64,000 nucleotides of DNA, from the NCBI GenBank assembly GCA_050331815.1, contig JBHJGM010000002.1:153627-217626 (forward strand), given 5' to 3'. The notes beneath the pieces are model-generated. The model did no database searches, had not been told where the DNA came from, and saw only the letters and a list, made by a program, of their open reading frames with translations. Source of the stretch: Opitutales bacterium (GTDB lineage Bacteria > Verrucomicrobiota > Verrucomicrobiia > Opitutales > JBHJGM01). Every line of letters starts with the position of its first letter. Position 1 is the stretch's first letter. Positions 47,106-56,743 of this stretch are shown in pieces. A program made the translations under genes and the position numbers.

Positions 47106-48370
47106 AGCTGGCCTCCACCTTCCCGCGCTACGGCGAATACGAGCCTCAGGTCCCCGTCTGGTGCCTAACGCCCAAGGAGGGCCGCTGCATCCATCGCTTC
47201 TTCGACACGCCGGCCCTGTCGCCGTCGAACCGTTTCGCCGCGGTCACGCGCTTTCCTTTCGAGGATCGCTTGCCCCGCCCAGGAGAAAAGGCAGCGATCG
47301 TCCTCATCGATTTGGAAACCGGTACTGAGAAAGTCGTTTACGAAACCGCCGGCTGGGAAACGCAACTTGGGGCCAACCTCAACTGGGGCGTGGACGATAG
47401 CACCCTCTTTTTCAACGATACCGACCTGCAAACCTGGCAGCCGGTGACGGTCCGCCTGAACCCACACACCGGGAACTTCGAGAAATTCGGGCGTGGCGTC
47501 TACCATGTGTCTCCAGACGGGAAGTGGGCGCTGTGCGCTGCCCTCGAACGGACGCGACGCACGCAGTTTGGCTACGGTGTCATGATCCCCGATGAAAAGG
47601 TGCCCATCCACTGGGACCCACCCGCCGACACCGGGCTGTACCTGACTTCGTTGGAAACCGGCGAGTGCCGCCTGCTGCTCTCGCTGGCCGATTTTATTCA
47701 GGCCCTCATTCCCGAACATGAACGCCCGGCCGTTGCGGGACGGTGTTACTACGGGTTTCACGCCCAATGGTCGCCCGCGGGCACGCACCTGCTCTTCACC
47801 GTACGCGGCGTTCACCATGCCTGGGCGCTGGGCATGTCGACCATCAGCAATCACCCGCTGCACTTCTACATCGCCACGATGGCCGCCGACGGCAGCGACC
47901 TGAAGCTGGCCATGGGCGCCTCCTTTTGGAACCGCCCCGGGCACCACACCCGTTTTACGCCCGACGGGCTGTCGCTGACCTGTAACAACCAGTTTCACTA
48001 CGATCGCCTGCACTTTGTCATCATGAACCGCGACGGCAGCGACAAGCGTCTGCTGATCGAAAACGTCCACGGCTCCGGCCACCCGACGCTTTCCCCGGAT
48101 CAGAAATTCATTCTGACCGACACCTACACCAAGGAAAGGGCAGGGCCGGGCGACGGGACCAGCCTGCTACGCTGGATCGACCTCGAAACCGGCTCCGACC
48201 GTACCATCGTACGCATCCGCACCAGCCAACCTAGCAGCAACGGAGCCCTGCGCATCGACCCGCACCCTGCCTGGGACCGCAGCGGCCGCTTCGTGGTCTT
48301 CAACGGCGCTCCCGATGGCCAGACCCGACGCGTTTTTCTGGCCGATTTGGGGCCGCTGCTGGGTGGCTGA
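47102..48370 (+). CDS. TolB/oligogalacturonate-lyase-like beta-propeller protein (GTG start overlapping the upstream stop)
   Basis: Repeated SPDG/FTPDG/LSPDQ blade motifs and a terminal IDPHPAWDRSGRFVVFNGAPDGQTRRVFLADL. The tracked ORF begins at 46931, inside the upstream gene. The GTGA junction at 47102 is the plausible start. Confidence 0.5.
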   Translation: MKLASTFPRYGEYEPQVPVWCLTPKEGRCIHRFFDTPALSPSNRFAAVTRFPFEDRLPRPGEKAAIVLIDLETGTEKVVYETAGWETQLGANLNWGVDDSTLFFNDTDLQTWQPVTVRLNPHTGNFEKFGRGVYHVSPDGKWALCAALERTRRTQFGYGVMIPDEKVPIHWDPPADTGLYLTSLETGECRLLLSLADFIQALIPEHERPAVAGRCYYGFHAQWSPAGTHLLFTVRGVHHAWALGMSTISNHPLHFYIATMAADGSDLKLAMGASFWNRPGHHTRFTPDGLSLTCNNQFHYDRLHFVIMNRDGSDKRLLIENVHGSGHPTLSPDQKFILTDTYTKERAGPGDGTSLLRWIDLETGSDRTIVRIRTSQPSSNGALRIDPHPAWDRSGRFVVFNGAPDGQTRRVFLADLGPLLGG

Positions 48371-48574
48371 TCCCGGTTTGTTTGGACTTGCCGAAAGCGC
48401 CCAAACCATTCATCTTCTCGACTTTGCGCTAGAAGTCTGCTCAACGAAAGGGCACGCTTCGACGGTTGAGCCAGCCTCCTTGGGTGCTGGTTTGAGCGGG
48501 GCCTACGGCGAGTGGCTGGGGTCCGGCGGGTGCAGTTCGCCCGTCCTCAACCGCAGTCCGACGATACACACCGA

Positions 48575-48844
48575 ATGGCTCAGCATACCGTTGATAAAGA
48601 CCAGATCATAAAAGACTTCCAACTGAAGGAAGGCGACACGGGCTCCTGCGAGGTGCAGATTGCCCTGCTCACCGCACGCGTGGTCCACCTGACCGAGCAT
48701 TTGCGCAGTCACCGCAAGGACTTCCACAGTCGCCGCGGTCTCATCCTGATGACCAACAAGCGCCGCAAGCTGCTGGATTACCTCAAGCGCACGGATTTGG
48801 ACCGCTACAACGCGATTCTTCAGCGCTTGAATCTCCGCCGCTAG
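48575..48844 (+). CDS. rpsO: 30S ribosomal protein S15
   Basis: [53 protein letters not shown]. 89 aa from the ATG at 48575. Confidence 0.95.
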   Translation: MAQHTVDKDQIIKDFQLKEGDTGSCEVQIALLTARVVHLTEHLRSHRKDFHSRRGLILMTNKRRKLLDYLKRTDLDRYNAILQRLNLRR

Positions 48845-49035
48845 TTACAGTGGCTCACCTCGACGCCAGCCGACCCGAGCGCATGCGTGCCGTTAAAAGC
48901 ACCGTATGCGTCCGTTAGTTGTAAACTGGCTCCCGCTTTGAATCCTGCCTGCCGGCGTGGATCACCCGATCCCGTCCATCCGGCGTCCCAGCCGCCCACA
49001 GGCCCAAAAAAACCTAAGCAACGCTACCTACTACT

Positions 49036-51321
49036 ATGAAACAAGCACACGCCGTAGTTGACGAGAAACTCGGCATCACCATCTCGACCGGCACCATCGC
49101 CAAGCAGGCCAACGGCGCGGTCGTCATTTCGCTCGGCGAAACCGAAGTCTTTGTCGCCGCGACCGCCGCCAACACCCTGCGTCCCGACCAGGACTTTTTC
49201 CCGCTCACGGTCGATTACCGTGAAAAGTTTCAAGCCGCCGGACGTTTTCCGGGCGGTTATTTCAAGCGCGAGGGGCGTCCTTCCGAAAAGGAAATCCTCA
49301 CCTCCCGCTTGTGCGACCGTCCGTTGCGCCCGCTCTTTCCAAAGGGCTTCATGAACGAGGTGCAGGTCATTGGCTCGCTTATGTCGACCGATCTGGTTCA
49401 CGAGCCGGATATCCTGATGGTCAACGGTGCCTCCGCTGCGCTGATGTGTTCGGACATCCCCTGGAACGGCCCTATCGGCTGCGTCCGGCTGGCCGAGGTC
49501 GATGGCAACTTTGTCGTCAATCCGACCAACGAGGAGATCTTCGAATCCTCTCTGGATTTGATCTACGTCGGCAATGAGAAGGAGATGATGATGATCGAGG
49601 GCTCGGCCGACCAGATGCCCGAGGACAGGTTCATCGAGGCGCTCGAAACCGCCCACGAGGCCATTCAGAGCATCATCGACGCGCAGAAGGAACTTGCCGC
49701 CAAAATCGCCAAGGAAAAGCGCGCCTTCGACCTCTACTTTGCTGAGGAAAAGTACCTGGAGCGCTGCCGCGAAATCGTCGGTGACCGGCTCAAGGCGGCG
49801 GTCTTCCAAGACAAGAAGCAGGACCGCCAGGACGCCGTCGACGCTCTCGAGGATGAGTGCAAGGAAAAGCTTGAAGCCGAGATTGGTGAAGATGACTTCG
49901 ACGCCAATCAAGTGCGCCTGTCCTTCGAGGAATTGCAGGAAGCTGTTTACCGCCAAAACATCCTGGAGCAGGGCAAGCGCGTGGATGGGCGCGGACCCGC
50001 GGATCTGCGCGCCATCACCTGCGAAGTCGGTGTGCTGCCCCGCGTGCATGGCTCGGCCATCTTCAGTCGTGGCGAAACCCAGGGGCTGATCACCACCACC
50101 CTCGGTACCTGCAAGGACGCCCAGGAACTGGATGGGCTGACTGGTGGTACGCGGATGAAGTCCTTCATCCTGCACTACAATTTTCCGCCCTACTCCGTGG
50201 GCGAAACCGGGCGTTTTGGCTCACCGGGACGCCGCGAAATCGGTCACGGTGCCTTGGCTGAGCGCTCATTGTTACCGGTGATTCCGCCGGAAGACGAGTT
50301 CGCTTACTCAATTCGTATCGTCTCCGACATCATGGAGTCCAACGGCTCGACCTCGATGGCCTCCGTCTGCGGCGGTTGCCTGAGCATGCTCGACGCCGGG
50401 GTGCCGCTGTTGGCTCCGGTAGCCGGCATTTCATGCGGCCTGGTCACCAAGTTTGATGACAACAAGACGATCAAGAAGCACGTCATCCTAACCGACATCC
50501 TCGGTGCCGAGGACCACTTCGGCGACATGGACTTCAAGATTTGCGGTACGCGCGAAGGGGTCACCGGTTTCCAGCTGGACCTGAAGATTCAGGGGCTGCC
50601 CTTCGACATCGCCAAGGCCGCCATCGCTCAGAACCGCGACGCGCGTCTGAAGATTCTCGACGCCATGGCCGAGACCATGCCGGAGCACCGTACCGAGCTC
50701 AAGGAACACGCCCCGCGTATCGAATCCATCCAGATCGACCCGGAGAAGATCGGTGCGCTTATTGGCCCCGGCGGTAAGACCATCAAGCGCATCACCGAGT
50801 TCAGCGGCGCGCAGATTGACATCGCCCCGGACGACAGCGGCAAGGTCAGCATCTTCTCCACGTCAAAGGAGTCTCTGCAGCGCGCCCTCGACGAGATTGA
50901 ACTCGTCACCGGTGATATCGAGGTCGGCAAGACCTACAAAGGTATCGTTCGCTCGATTAAGGAGTTCGGTGCGTTTGTTGAATGCCTGCCGGGCAAGGAA
51001 GGTCTCGTCCACATCTCTGAACTGGCTGACTTCCGCGTCGAAAAGACCGAGGACGTTTGCAAGCTGGGCGACGAGATTCTGGTCAAGTGCATCGGCATCG
51101 ACGATAAGGGGCGCGTGCGCCTCTCCCGCCATGCCGCCATCTGCGAGCAAAAGGGCATTCCCTACGAGCCGCCGCCCAAGCCCGAAGGTGGTGGCGGTGG
51201 CCGAGGCCGCGACCGCGACGGTGGCGGCAAGGGTGGCCGAGGCCGGGGTGGCGATCGCGACGGTGGTCGTGGCCGTGGGGGCAAGGGCGGCGGTCGTCGC
51301 CGCGAGTCCGCCAACGCCTGA
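49036..51321 (+). CDS. pnp: polyribonucleotide nucleotidyltransferase (PNPase) with an Arg/Gly-rich C-terminal tail
   Basis: Two RNase PH domains ([32 protein letters not shown]; [13 protein letters not shown]), KH ([11 protein letters not shown]), S1 ([33 protein letters not shown]), then [39 protein letters not shown]. Confidence 0.95.
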   Translation: MKQAHAVVDEKLGITISTGTIAKQANGAVVISLGETEVFVAATAANTLRPDQDFFPLTVDYREKFQAAGRFPGGYFKREGRPSEKEILTSRLCDRPLRPLFPKGFMNEVQVIGSLMSTDLVHEPDILMVNGASAALMCSDIPWNGPIGCVRLAEVDGNFVVNPTNEEIFESSLDLIYVGNEKEMMMIEGSADQMPEDRFIEALETAHEAIQSIIDAQKELAAKIAKEKRAFDLYFAEEKYLERCREIVGDRLKAAVFQDKKQDRQDAVDALEDECKEKLEAEIGEDDFDANQVRLSFEELQEAVYRQNILEQGKRVDGRGPADLRAITCEVGVLPRVHGSAIFSRGETQGLITTTLGTCKDAQELDGLTGGTRMKSFILHYNFPPYSVGETGRFGSPGRREIGHGALAERSLLPVIPPEDEFAYSIRIVSDIMESNGSTSMASVCGGCLSMLDAGVPLLAPVAGISCGLVTKFDDNKTIKKHVILTDILGAEDHFGDMDFKICGTREGVTGFQLDLKIQGLPFDIAKAAIAQNRDARLKILDAMAETMPEHRTELKEHAPRIESIQIDPEKIGALIGPGGKTIKRITEFSGAQIDIAPDDSGKVSIFSTSKESLQRALDEIELVTGDIEVGKTYKGIVRSIKEFGAFVECLPGKEGLVHISELADFRVEKTEDVCKLGDEILVKCIGIDDKGRVRLSRHAAICEQKGIPYEPPPKPEGGGGGRGRDRDGGGKGGRGRGGDRDGGRGRGGKGGGRRRESANA

Positions 51322-51340
51322 CGAAGCAGTCTTTTTTCAA

Positions 51341-51378
51341 AGGCCCGGTTGCTCCGCAGCGGCCGGGCCTTTTTCTTT
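51341..51378 (+). terminator. rho-independent terminator after pnp
   Basis: 8-bp stem AGGCCCGG / CCGGGCCT with a 14-nt loop, followed by TTTTCTTT. Confidence 0.7.
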
Positions 51379-51394
51379 CCTTCTTGGTTTGGCC

Positions 51395-52168
51395 ATGCGT
51401 CCGCACCTGCTCATCTCCAACGACGACGGCATCGACAGCGTCTTTTTGCGCAAGCTCGTCGAGGCCCACCGCACCGACTTCGACATCACGGTGGTTGCAC
51501 CCAAGCACGAGCAAAGCTGGACCGGGCGCTCCATGACACGGCGGCGGAACCTGCGCGTCGAACCGCAGAAGGCGTATCCGGTTCCTGCATACAGCGTCGA
51601 TGGTACCCCTACCGATTGCGTGAATCTGGCGCTTGGCCACCTGTTGTCCGAGCCGCCCGTCGCGGTACTCTCCGGCGTCAATGTCGGCATCAACTGCTCG
51701 CTCACACTTTTTTTGAATTCCGGCACGGTGGCCGCAGCGTCCGAGGGTGCCATCTGGGGTCTGCCCGCGCTGGCCTTTTCCCAGCAGGTGCCCAAGCCCT
51801 TCTTCGAAGCGATCGCCGCAGGCCGTCAGGACGAATGGCCGGAGGTGATGCAGTCGATCGAGATCAGCTGCCAGCGTGCGGTTGAGTTCACCCTTGCCCG
51901 CCTGGCCGAGCCCACCGATCCAACCCAGGCGCGCATCGACAACATCAACTTCCCAAACCCCATCCAAGCCGACAGCCCGGTTCGCCGTACGCGCCTCTGG
52001 CGTCGCCGGGGCGCTCCGCTGCACACCTGTCAGCCTGATGGTACCTATGCCTTTGGCTACCAAAAGGGCGAATCCCTGCAAATCGACGATGACCACGACG
52101 CCGCTTGGCTGGAAAAGAAACACATCAGCCACAGTGTTGTCTGTTTGGGTGCGTTGGCTGCAGACTGA
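51395..52168 (+). CDS. surE: 5'/3'-nucleotidase SurE
   Basis: MRPHLLISNDDGIDSVFLRKLVEA...VVAPKHEQSWTGRSMT...VLSGVNVGINCS. Start is the ATG at 51395, within a longer spurious ORF. Confidence 0.9.
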   Translation: MRPHLLISNDDGIDSVFLRKLVEAHRTDFDITVVAPKHEQSWTGRSMTRRRNLRVEPQKAYPVPAYSVDGTPTDCVNLALGHLLSEPPVAVLSGVNVGINCSLTLFLNSGTVAAASEGAIWGLPALAFSQQVPKPFFEAIAAGRQDEWPEVMQSIEISCQRAVEFTLARLAEPTDPTQARIDNINFPNPIQADSPVRRTRLWRRRGAPLHTCQPDGTYAFGYQKGESLQIDDDHDAAWLEKKHISHSVVCLGALAAD

Positions 52169-52240
52169 GACTTCAAACTGCGGTCTGGAAATCCCCTTCA
52201 AGTACCCCTAAACTGAAAGCGTATTCAGTCTTCAATTGCT

Positions 52241-53230
52241 ATGTTTCGACCCATGAAGACGCTGATTTTTTACTTCACCCTACTCGCGGTTCTTGCGACC
52301 AACCTTTCAGGTCAGGACATGCCTTCGGATGCCGCCAAGGCGCTTGAAAACCCGCCCATTTCCAAAGTGCTCAAACCGTACCTCTGGGAAAACCGGCTGC
52401 TTTTGATCCTCACGCCATCGGCGAACGATCCCGAGTACCGCCACTACCTTGAGGAGATCGACCGCACGACCGCGCTTTGGGAAGCGCGCGACCTGCTCAT
52501 CGGGCGCTTTGTCATCGGTCAAGGCGGCACGCTCGGCCCGAACTACTATTCCGCCGACGATCTGCGGCGTATCCGCGCGGATTTCGAACTCCCCAAGGAA
52601 GGTCTGGTCACCGCGCTGGTGGGCAAGGATGGCTCGGTCAAGCTTCAGCTGAGCGGAACCATCCCGCTCACCCAGCTGATCTCTTTCATCGATCGCATGC
52701 CGATGCGGCAGCTTGAGATGCGTCACGAAGAGGCGCTGGCTACCAAAGAGGCCAAGGAAGCTCGTGAGGCTGAAATTGCCGCGCAGATGAAAGCCGAGTT
52801 GTGGAAATCGGGGGCGCCGCGCACCTACCAGGCCATAGCAGCCGCCTTTCTCGATGCGCACAAACGCGAGGACATGCTCAGCGTTCTGGAGCTTGTCTAC
52901 ATGGAAGCCTCGCCCCCGTTTATCCGGCAGCAACTGGTGCGCAGCTTTGAGGAAGATTTTCGCTACCACATCGATCGCATCCGCATCGAGCCGGCCAAGA
53001 AAGATCAGCTGAATAGTTACACGTATCAAGGAATCAAATACGTCACCACGCTACCCGTGCTCGCTAACATGGTGCTGGAGTACGGCGACCTGATCGATCC
53101 CAACGCGAAAACCGGGCTCAGTGCCAAGAGCCAGGAGGAAGCCGAGGAATTCACCGGGACGACGTATCCGCTCGGCATCAAGAACGGGCGCGTTTACATC
53201 GTCACCGCGATGGAGGCTCCCGGGGAGTAG
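52241..53230 (+). CDS. secreted hypothetical protein with an N-terminal DUF4174-like region
   Basis: Signal peptide (LIFYFTLLAVLATNLSG). WENRLLLILTPSANDPEY...ARDLLI resembles DUF4174. The remainder is unrecognised. Confidence 0.5.
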   Translation: MFRPMKTLIFYFTLLAVLATNLSGQDMPSDAAKALENPPISKVLKPYLWENRLLLILTPSANDPEYRHYLEEIDRTTALWEARDLLIGRFVIGQGGTLGPNYYSADDLRRIRADFELPKEGLVTALVGKDGSVKLQLSGTIPLTQLISFIDRMPMRQLEMRHEEALATKEAKEAREAEIAAQMKAELWKSGAPRTYQAIAAAFLDAHKREDMLSVLELVYMEASPPFIRQQLVRSFEEDFRYHIDRIRIEPAKKDQLNSYTYQGIKYVTTLPVLANMVLEYGDLIDPNAKTGLSAKSQEEAEEFTGTTYPLGIKNGRVYIVTAMEAPGE

Positions 53231-53240
53231 TGCCCATCGG

Positions 53241-54644
53241 CTAGTCGCGAGCTTGGACTGGCAGCATGGCCGCGTCGCGCATGCCATGGATGATCTTTTT
53301 GTCGGGGGGGCAAAAGGTGGCCAGGACACCGCTGAGGTGGCTGGTTCCTTCCTGAACAAAGTAGTACGGGCACAGCCGCAAACGGCCTTCCATTTCGCTG
53401 ACGCTGCCGTCTTCCCGGTAGACGGGGTGGGGCACTCGTATGGGCTTGCGGTAGTCCTGCAAAATATGCAGCACCTCATCGCTCATCGAAACCGCCTCGC
53501 GCAAGGCGCTGGTCCATTCTTCGCGCGAGCTGTCGCTGCCGAGCACCACGCTGCGCGCTCCCCAGGCAGTTTCATGGAAGCCGCTGGCCTTGAGGATGAG
53601 GTTGCGCTCTTTCTGGGAGGCCTCGCCGAGTTCTTCCCATTCGCGGATGGGTTTGCCACCCACCCAGGGCGAATCCAGCACGGCGTTCGGCGGCAATTCC
53701 ACCGGATCGACCACCCAGCTTTGTGGCACGATTTTTTTCAGCTGCTTGAAGGCGCCGCGCGAGAGGTTTTCGCGCCAGAAATCCTCCAAAACGTGATGAT
53801 GCAGCAGGGCCAAGCTTAGCTTTTCCTCCTGAAAAGGGCGCATGGGCGGGCTCACCACCACCTCACCATTCTCGGCAGCGCGGGTAATGTGGTGGGCCGT
53901 GGCCACGTTCTCTAGATCGAAGAGCTCGAAGAACCGGTAGATGATGTCGATTTTGATCGGATTGCCCTCGATAGGCGCGCAGAGCGTGGAGCCCAGCGGC
54001 ATGATCTCGCTGGGATGAAAGCAATGCACGCGGCAAGCACGGTGCCGCAGCTGCTCGGCCAGCCACTCAAACTCGGGCAGGTATGTCGCAGCCTCGTCAC
54101 TGACGACAATGGCGATCAATGGATCATCTTGTTCGGGCAGCAGACTGGATAGCGCGTCGTAAAAATCGGTGACTATGCTCTCGGCGGTGCCGACCAGTTT
54201 GAAGGGGCCGTCGCCGTAGAGCTTGTTCAAAAAAGCGGTCAGGCCCACGCCTCCGGGCACGGCGTCCAGTTCGGTCAGGGCAAAGCCGTCCTCGGTCAGC
54301 AATAGGTCGGGGCGCAACACGTTGGGCAGCGTGTTTTTCAAGGCGGGATGGCGCGCGTGCTCGACGAGCGCCGCCGGCTTACCACGATCGAGGTAGCCTG
54401 CCACCCAGGGGGCCTCCAGCTTGCGGTTGCGCATGAGGTTTTTCCGCTGCCAGGAGCGGCTGTAGAGCAGTTCCAGTGCGCGGTGAAATTCCACGCAGGC
54501 CTGTCCGATCCGCTCCAACTCGCCGACTTGCTTGGCGCTCAGGGCGATGGGCTCGGGCGAGAGCTGCCAGGTCTTTTCGGCGAAGAGCGTGGTGGCTTCA
54601 AAAACCTGTTGCAGGACCGGGTGGCTGAGGGCGGACGTCGTCAT
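53241..54644 (-). CDS. hypothetical protein, possibly ATP-grasp/glutathionylspermidine-synthase-like
   Basis: 467-aa soluble ORF. Weak resemblance to circularly permuted ATP-grasp proteins (RPDLLLTEDGFALTELDAVPGGVG, NLILKASGFHETAWGARSVVLG). The function call is tentative. Confidence 0.3.
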   Translation of the reverse strand: MTTSALSHPVLQQVFEATTLFAEKTWQLSPEPIALSAKQVGELERIGQACVEFHRALELLYSRSWQRKNLMRNRKLEAPWVAGYLDRGKPAALVEHARHPALKNTLPNVLRPDLLLTEDGFALTELDAVPGGVGLTAFLNKLYGDGPFKLVGTAESIVTDFYDALSSLLPEQDDPLIAIVVSDEAATYLPEFEWLAEQLRHRACRVHCFHPSEIMPLGSTLCAPIEGNPIKIDIIYRFFELFDLENVATAHHITRAAENGEVVVSPPMRPFQEEKLSLALLHHHVLEDFWRENLSRGAFKQLKKIVPQSWVVDPVELPPNAVLDSPWVGGKPIREWEELGEASQKERNLILKASGFHETAWGARSVVLGSDSSREEWTSALREAVSMSDEVLHILQDYRKPIRVPHPVYREDGSVSEMEGRLRLCPYYFVQEGTSHLSGVLATFCPPDKKIIHGMRDAAMLPVQARD

Positions 54645-54650
54645 GGGGGT

Positions 54651-55800
54651 TCAATCATCCTCCAGTTTGACGCCTTCGGCTCGGGTACGCGGACCTCCCG
54701 CGCGCAGCCACGCATTGATGAAAAGGTCGATGTCGCCGTCCATCACGGCCTGAATGTTACCCGTTTCCGAGCCGGTGCGCAGGTCCTTGACCATCTGGTA
54801 CGGCTGGAAGACGTAACTGCGGATTTGGTTGCCCCAGCCAATCTCACCCTTTTCCCCGTAAAAGCGCTCCATCTCGCTGCGCTTCTCGTCCTGCAGCTTT
54901 TCGTATAGCTTCGACTTGAGCATGCGCATGGCCGTGGCCTTGTTCTTGTGCTGGGAGCGTTCGTTTTGACACGCCGCCACAATGCCGGTGGGCAGGTGCG
55001 TCAGCCGCACGGCCGACTCGGTCCGGTTGACGTGCTGGCCGCCCTTGCCACTGGAGCGGTAGGTATCCACCCGCAGATCCTCGTCGTTGATCTCCAGATC
55101 GATGTCGTCGTCGACTTCCGCCACGATGTCGACCGAGCAAAACGAGGTGTGCCGACGCTTCTGCGCGTCAAAGGGGCTGATCCGCACCAGCCGGTGCACG
55201 CCGCGTTCGGCCTTCGCGTAGCCATAGGCGTTGGGGCCTTCCAGCCGCAGAATCGCTTCGCGCACGCCGGCCTCTTCCCCCTGTTGCAAATCGTCGAGCG
55301 AGACGGTGAAACCGCGACGTTCACCCCAGCGCGTGTACATGCGCAGCAGCATCTCAGCCCAGTCGCAGGATTCGGTCCCACCGGCTCCGGCGTGGATGGT
55401 CAGGATGGCGTTATTGGCGTCGAGTTCGCCGCTCAAAAAGGAGCTGATCTCCAGCGAGTCGACCTCGGCCATCATGGCCTCGGCTTGTTCGCGCAATTCC
55501 CCGGCCATGGCCGCGCCGTCGGTCTCGTCGGCTTCGTCGACCAGTTCCTGCATGGCCAGAAGGTCGTCGGCCCGCTGCTTGAAGGTGGCCAGCGGGTTGA
55601 CCACCGTCTTCAGGCGGTTGGCTTCGCTGATGGTTGTCTGGGCGCTTTCCGGGTCATCCCAAAAGGAGCCCTCGCCCATCTTTGCTTCCAGCTCCTCGAT
55701 GCGGCTTTGCTTCTTCGGGACGTCAAAGATACCTCCACAGATACCCACAGCGCTTGTGAATTTCTTCAATCTGGGAGCGGATTTCGGGCGCGAGGAGCAT
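54651..55800 (-). CDS. prfB: peptide chain release factor 2, requiring a programmed +1 frameshift
   Basis: Frame 0: ATG 55800, [25 protein letters not shown], then TGA (55725-55723). The +1 frame continues [13 protein letters not shown]...SPF...[19 protein letters not shown] (GGQ motif). The site GGAGG-TAT-CTT-TGA-C is the canonical RF2 recoding signal. Confidence 0.9.
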
Positions 55801-55902
55801 GGCTAAAAGTACTTGGCGGGTTTCTTTGTCTTGGTATCGCTAGAAGATGCGGACTGGACGCCCGAACGGCAACCCTTCACGGAGCCTTTCGCCCTGAATC
55901 AC

Positions 55903-56655
55903 CTAAATGTGAAAATCGTAGCGGTGGCTCACCTCGTGCAGTCCGCACTCGCGCTTGACCCCGTTGAAGCGTGTCTGCTCCTCGGTCATGCCCGGGTCGA
56001 GCTTACGCGTTGAATGCCAGTCGCCCACTGAGACGTATCCCTCGTCCCAAAGCGGGTGATAGGGCAGGTCGAATTTTTTCAGATACTGGTAAATATCGCG
56101 GCTGTTCCAATCGAGGATGGGATGAATTTTCACCGTGCGGCGCTGCGTTTGCACCACGGGCAGCTCCTGGCGCGAATTGGATTGCTCGCGGCGCAAACCC
56201 GCCAGCCAGGCGTACCCTCCCAGTTCCTTAAGCGCCCGGTTCATGGGCTCAACCTTGTTCTCGAAGTTATAGGCCTCGAGCTTTTCCGCGTCCATTTCCC
56301 AGCGTTTGCCCTCGACGGCTTCCTGTTGGGCGGCGCTGCGGAGCGGTTGGTAGGTTTTCAGGTTCAGGCGCAGGCGCTGGGCCAGGGCGTCCGCAAAGCG
56401 ATAGGTCTCCGCAAAGAGATAGCCGGTGTCGATAAAGATGACGGGAATGTTGGGCACGACCTGCGTCACCAGGTGCAGCATGACCGCCGACTGCACCCCG
56501 AAGCTGGTGCTCATTACCAGCTCATCGCCAAACTCCTGATGCGCCCACGCCACACGCTCGGCGGCACTGAGCGTCTCCAAATACTCGGATTGGGCCTTGA
56601 GCGCTTCGGGGTCGCCCTGCATCTTGACCCATGGAATCTGTGTGAACATGATCAT
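55903..56655 (-). CDS. cysH: phosphoadenosine phosphosulfate (PAPS) reductase CysH
   Basis: [28 protein letters not shown]-terminal KRECGLH. No CC...CXXC Fe-S cluster motif, so the PAPS-type is favoured over the APS-type. Confidence 0.9.
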   Translation of the reverse strand: MIMFTQIPWVKMQGDPEALKAQSEYLETLSAAERVAWAHQEFGDELVMSTSFGVQSAVMLHLVTQVVPNIPVIFIDTGYLFAETYRFADALAQRLRLNLKTYQPLRSAAQQEAVEGKRWEMDAEKLEAYNFENKVEPMNRALKELGGYAWLAGLRREQSNSRQELPVVQTQRRTVKIHPILDWNSRDIYQYLKKFDLPYHPLWDEGYVSVGDWHSTRKLDPGMTEEQTRFNGVKRECGLHEVSHRYDFHI

Positions 56656-56743
56656 TTTTTGACCTCCTAAGGCAATATAGTCAATTAGTCGTTTTAGATT
56701 CCTCCAACTTCAGGTTTATTCCAACAAACGGGCGTTTATATTC

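Noticed and set aside
49024-50175. 383-aa minus-strand ORF inside pnp. Similar long antisense ORFs lie opposite flgI (28691-29803), flgL (31965-32867), surE (51083-52201), prfB (54948-55958, plus strand) and the 676-aa membrane protein (60964-62109, plus strand)
   Set aside because: Each overlaps a gene with clear family motifs on the other strand. The translations are low-complexity and Arg/Gly/Asp/His-rich. These are GC-driven shadow ORFs, not overlapping genes.
50753-51394. Long N-terminal extension of the surE frame (tracked as a 471-aa ORF from 50753)
   Set aside because: The extension lies entirely within pnp and crosses the pnp terminator. The translation is Ala/Arg/Ser low complexity. 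SurE homology begins at MRPHLLISNDDG (ATG 51395).
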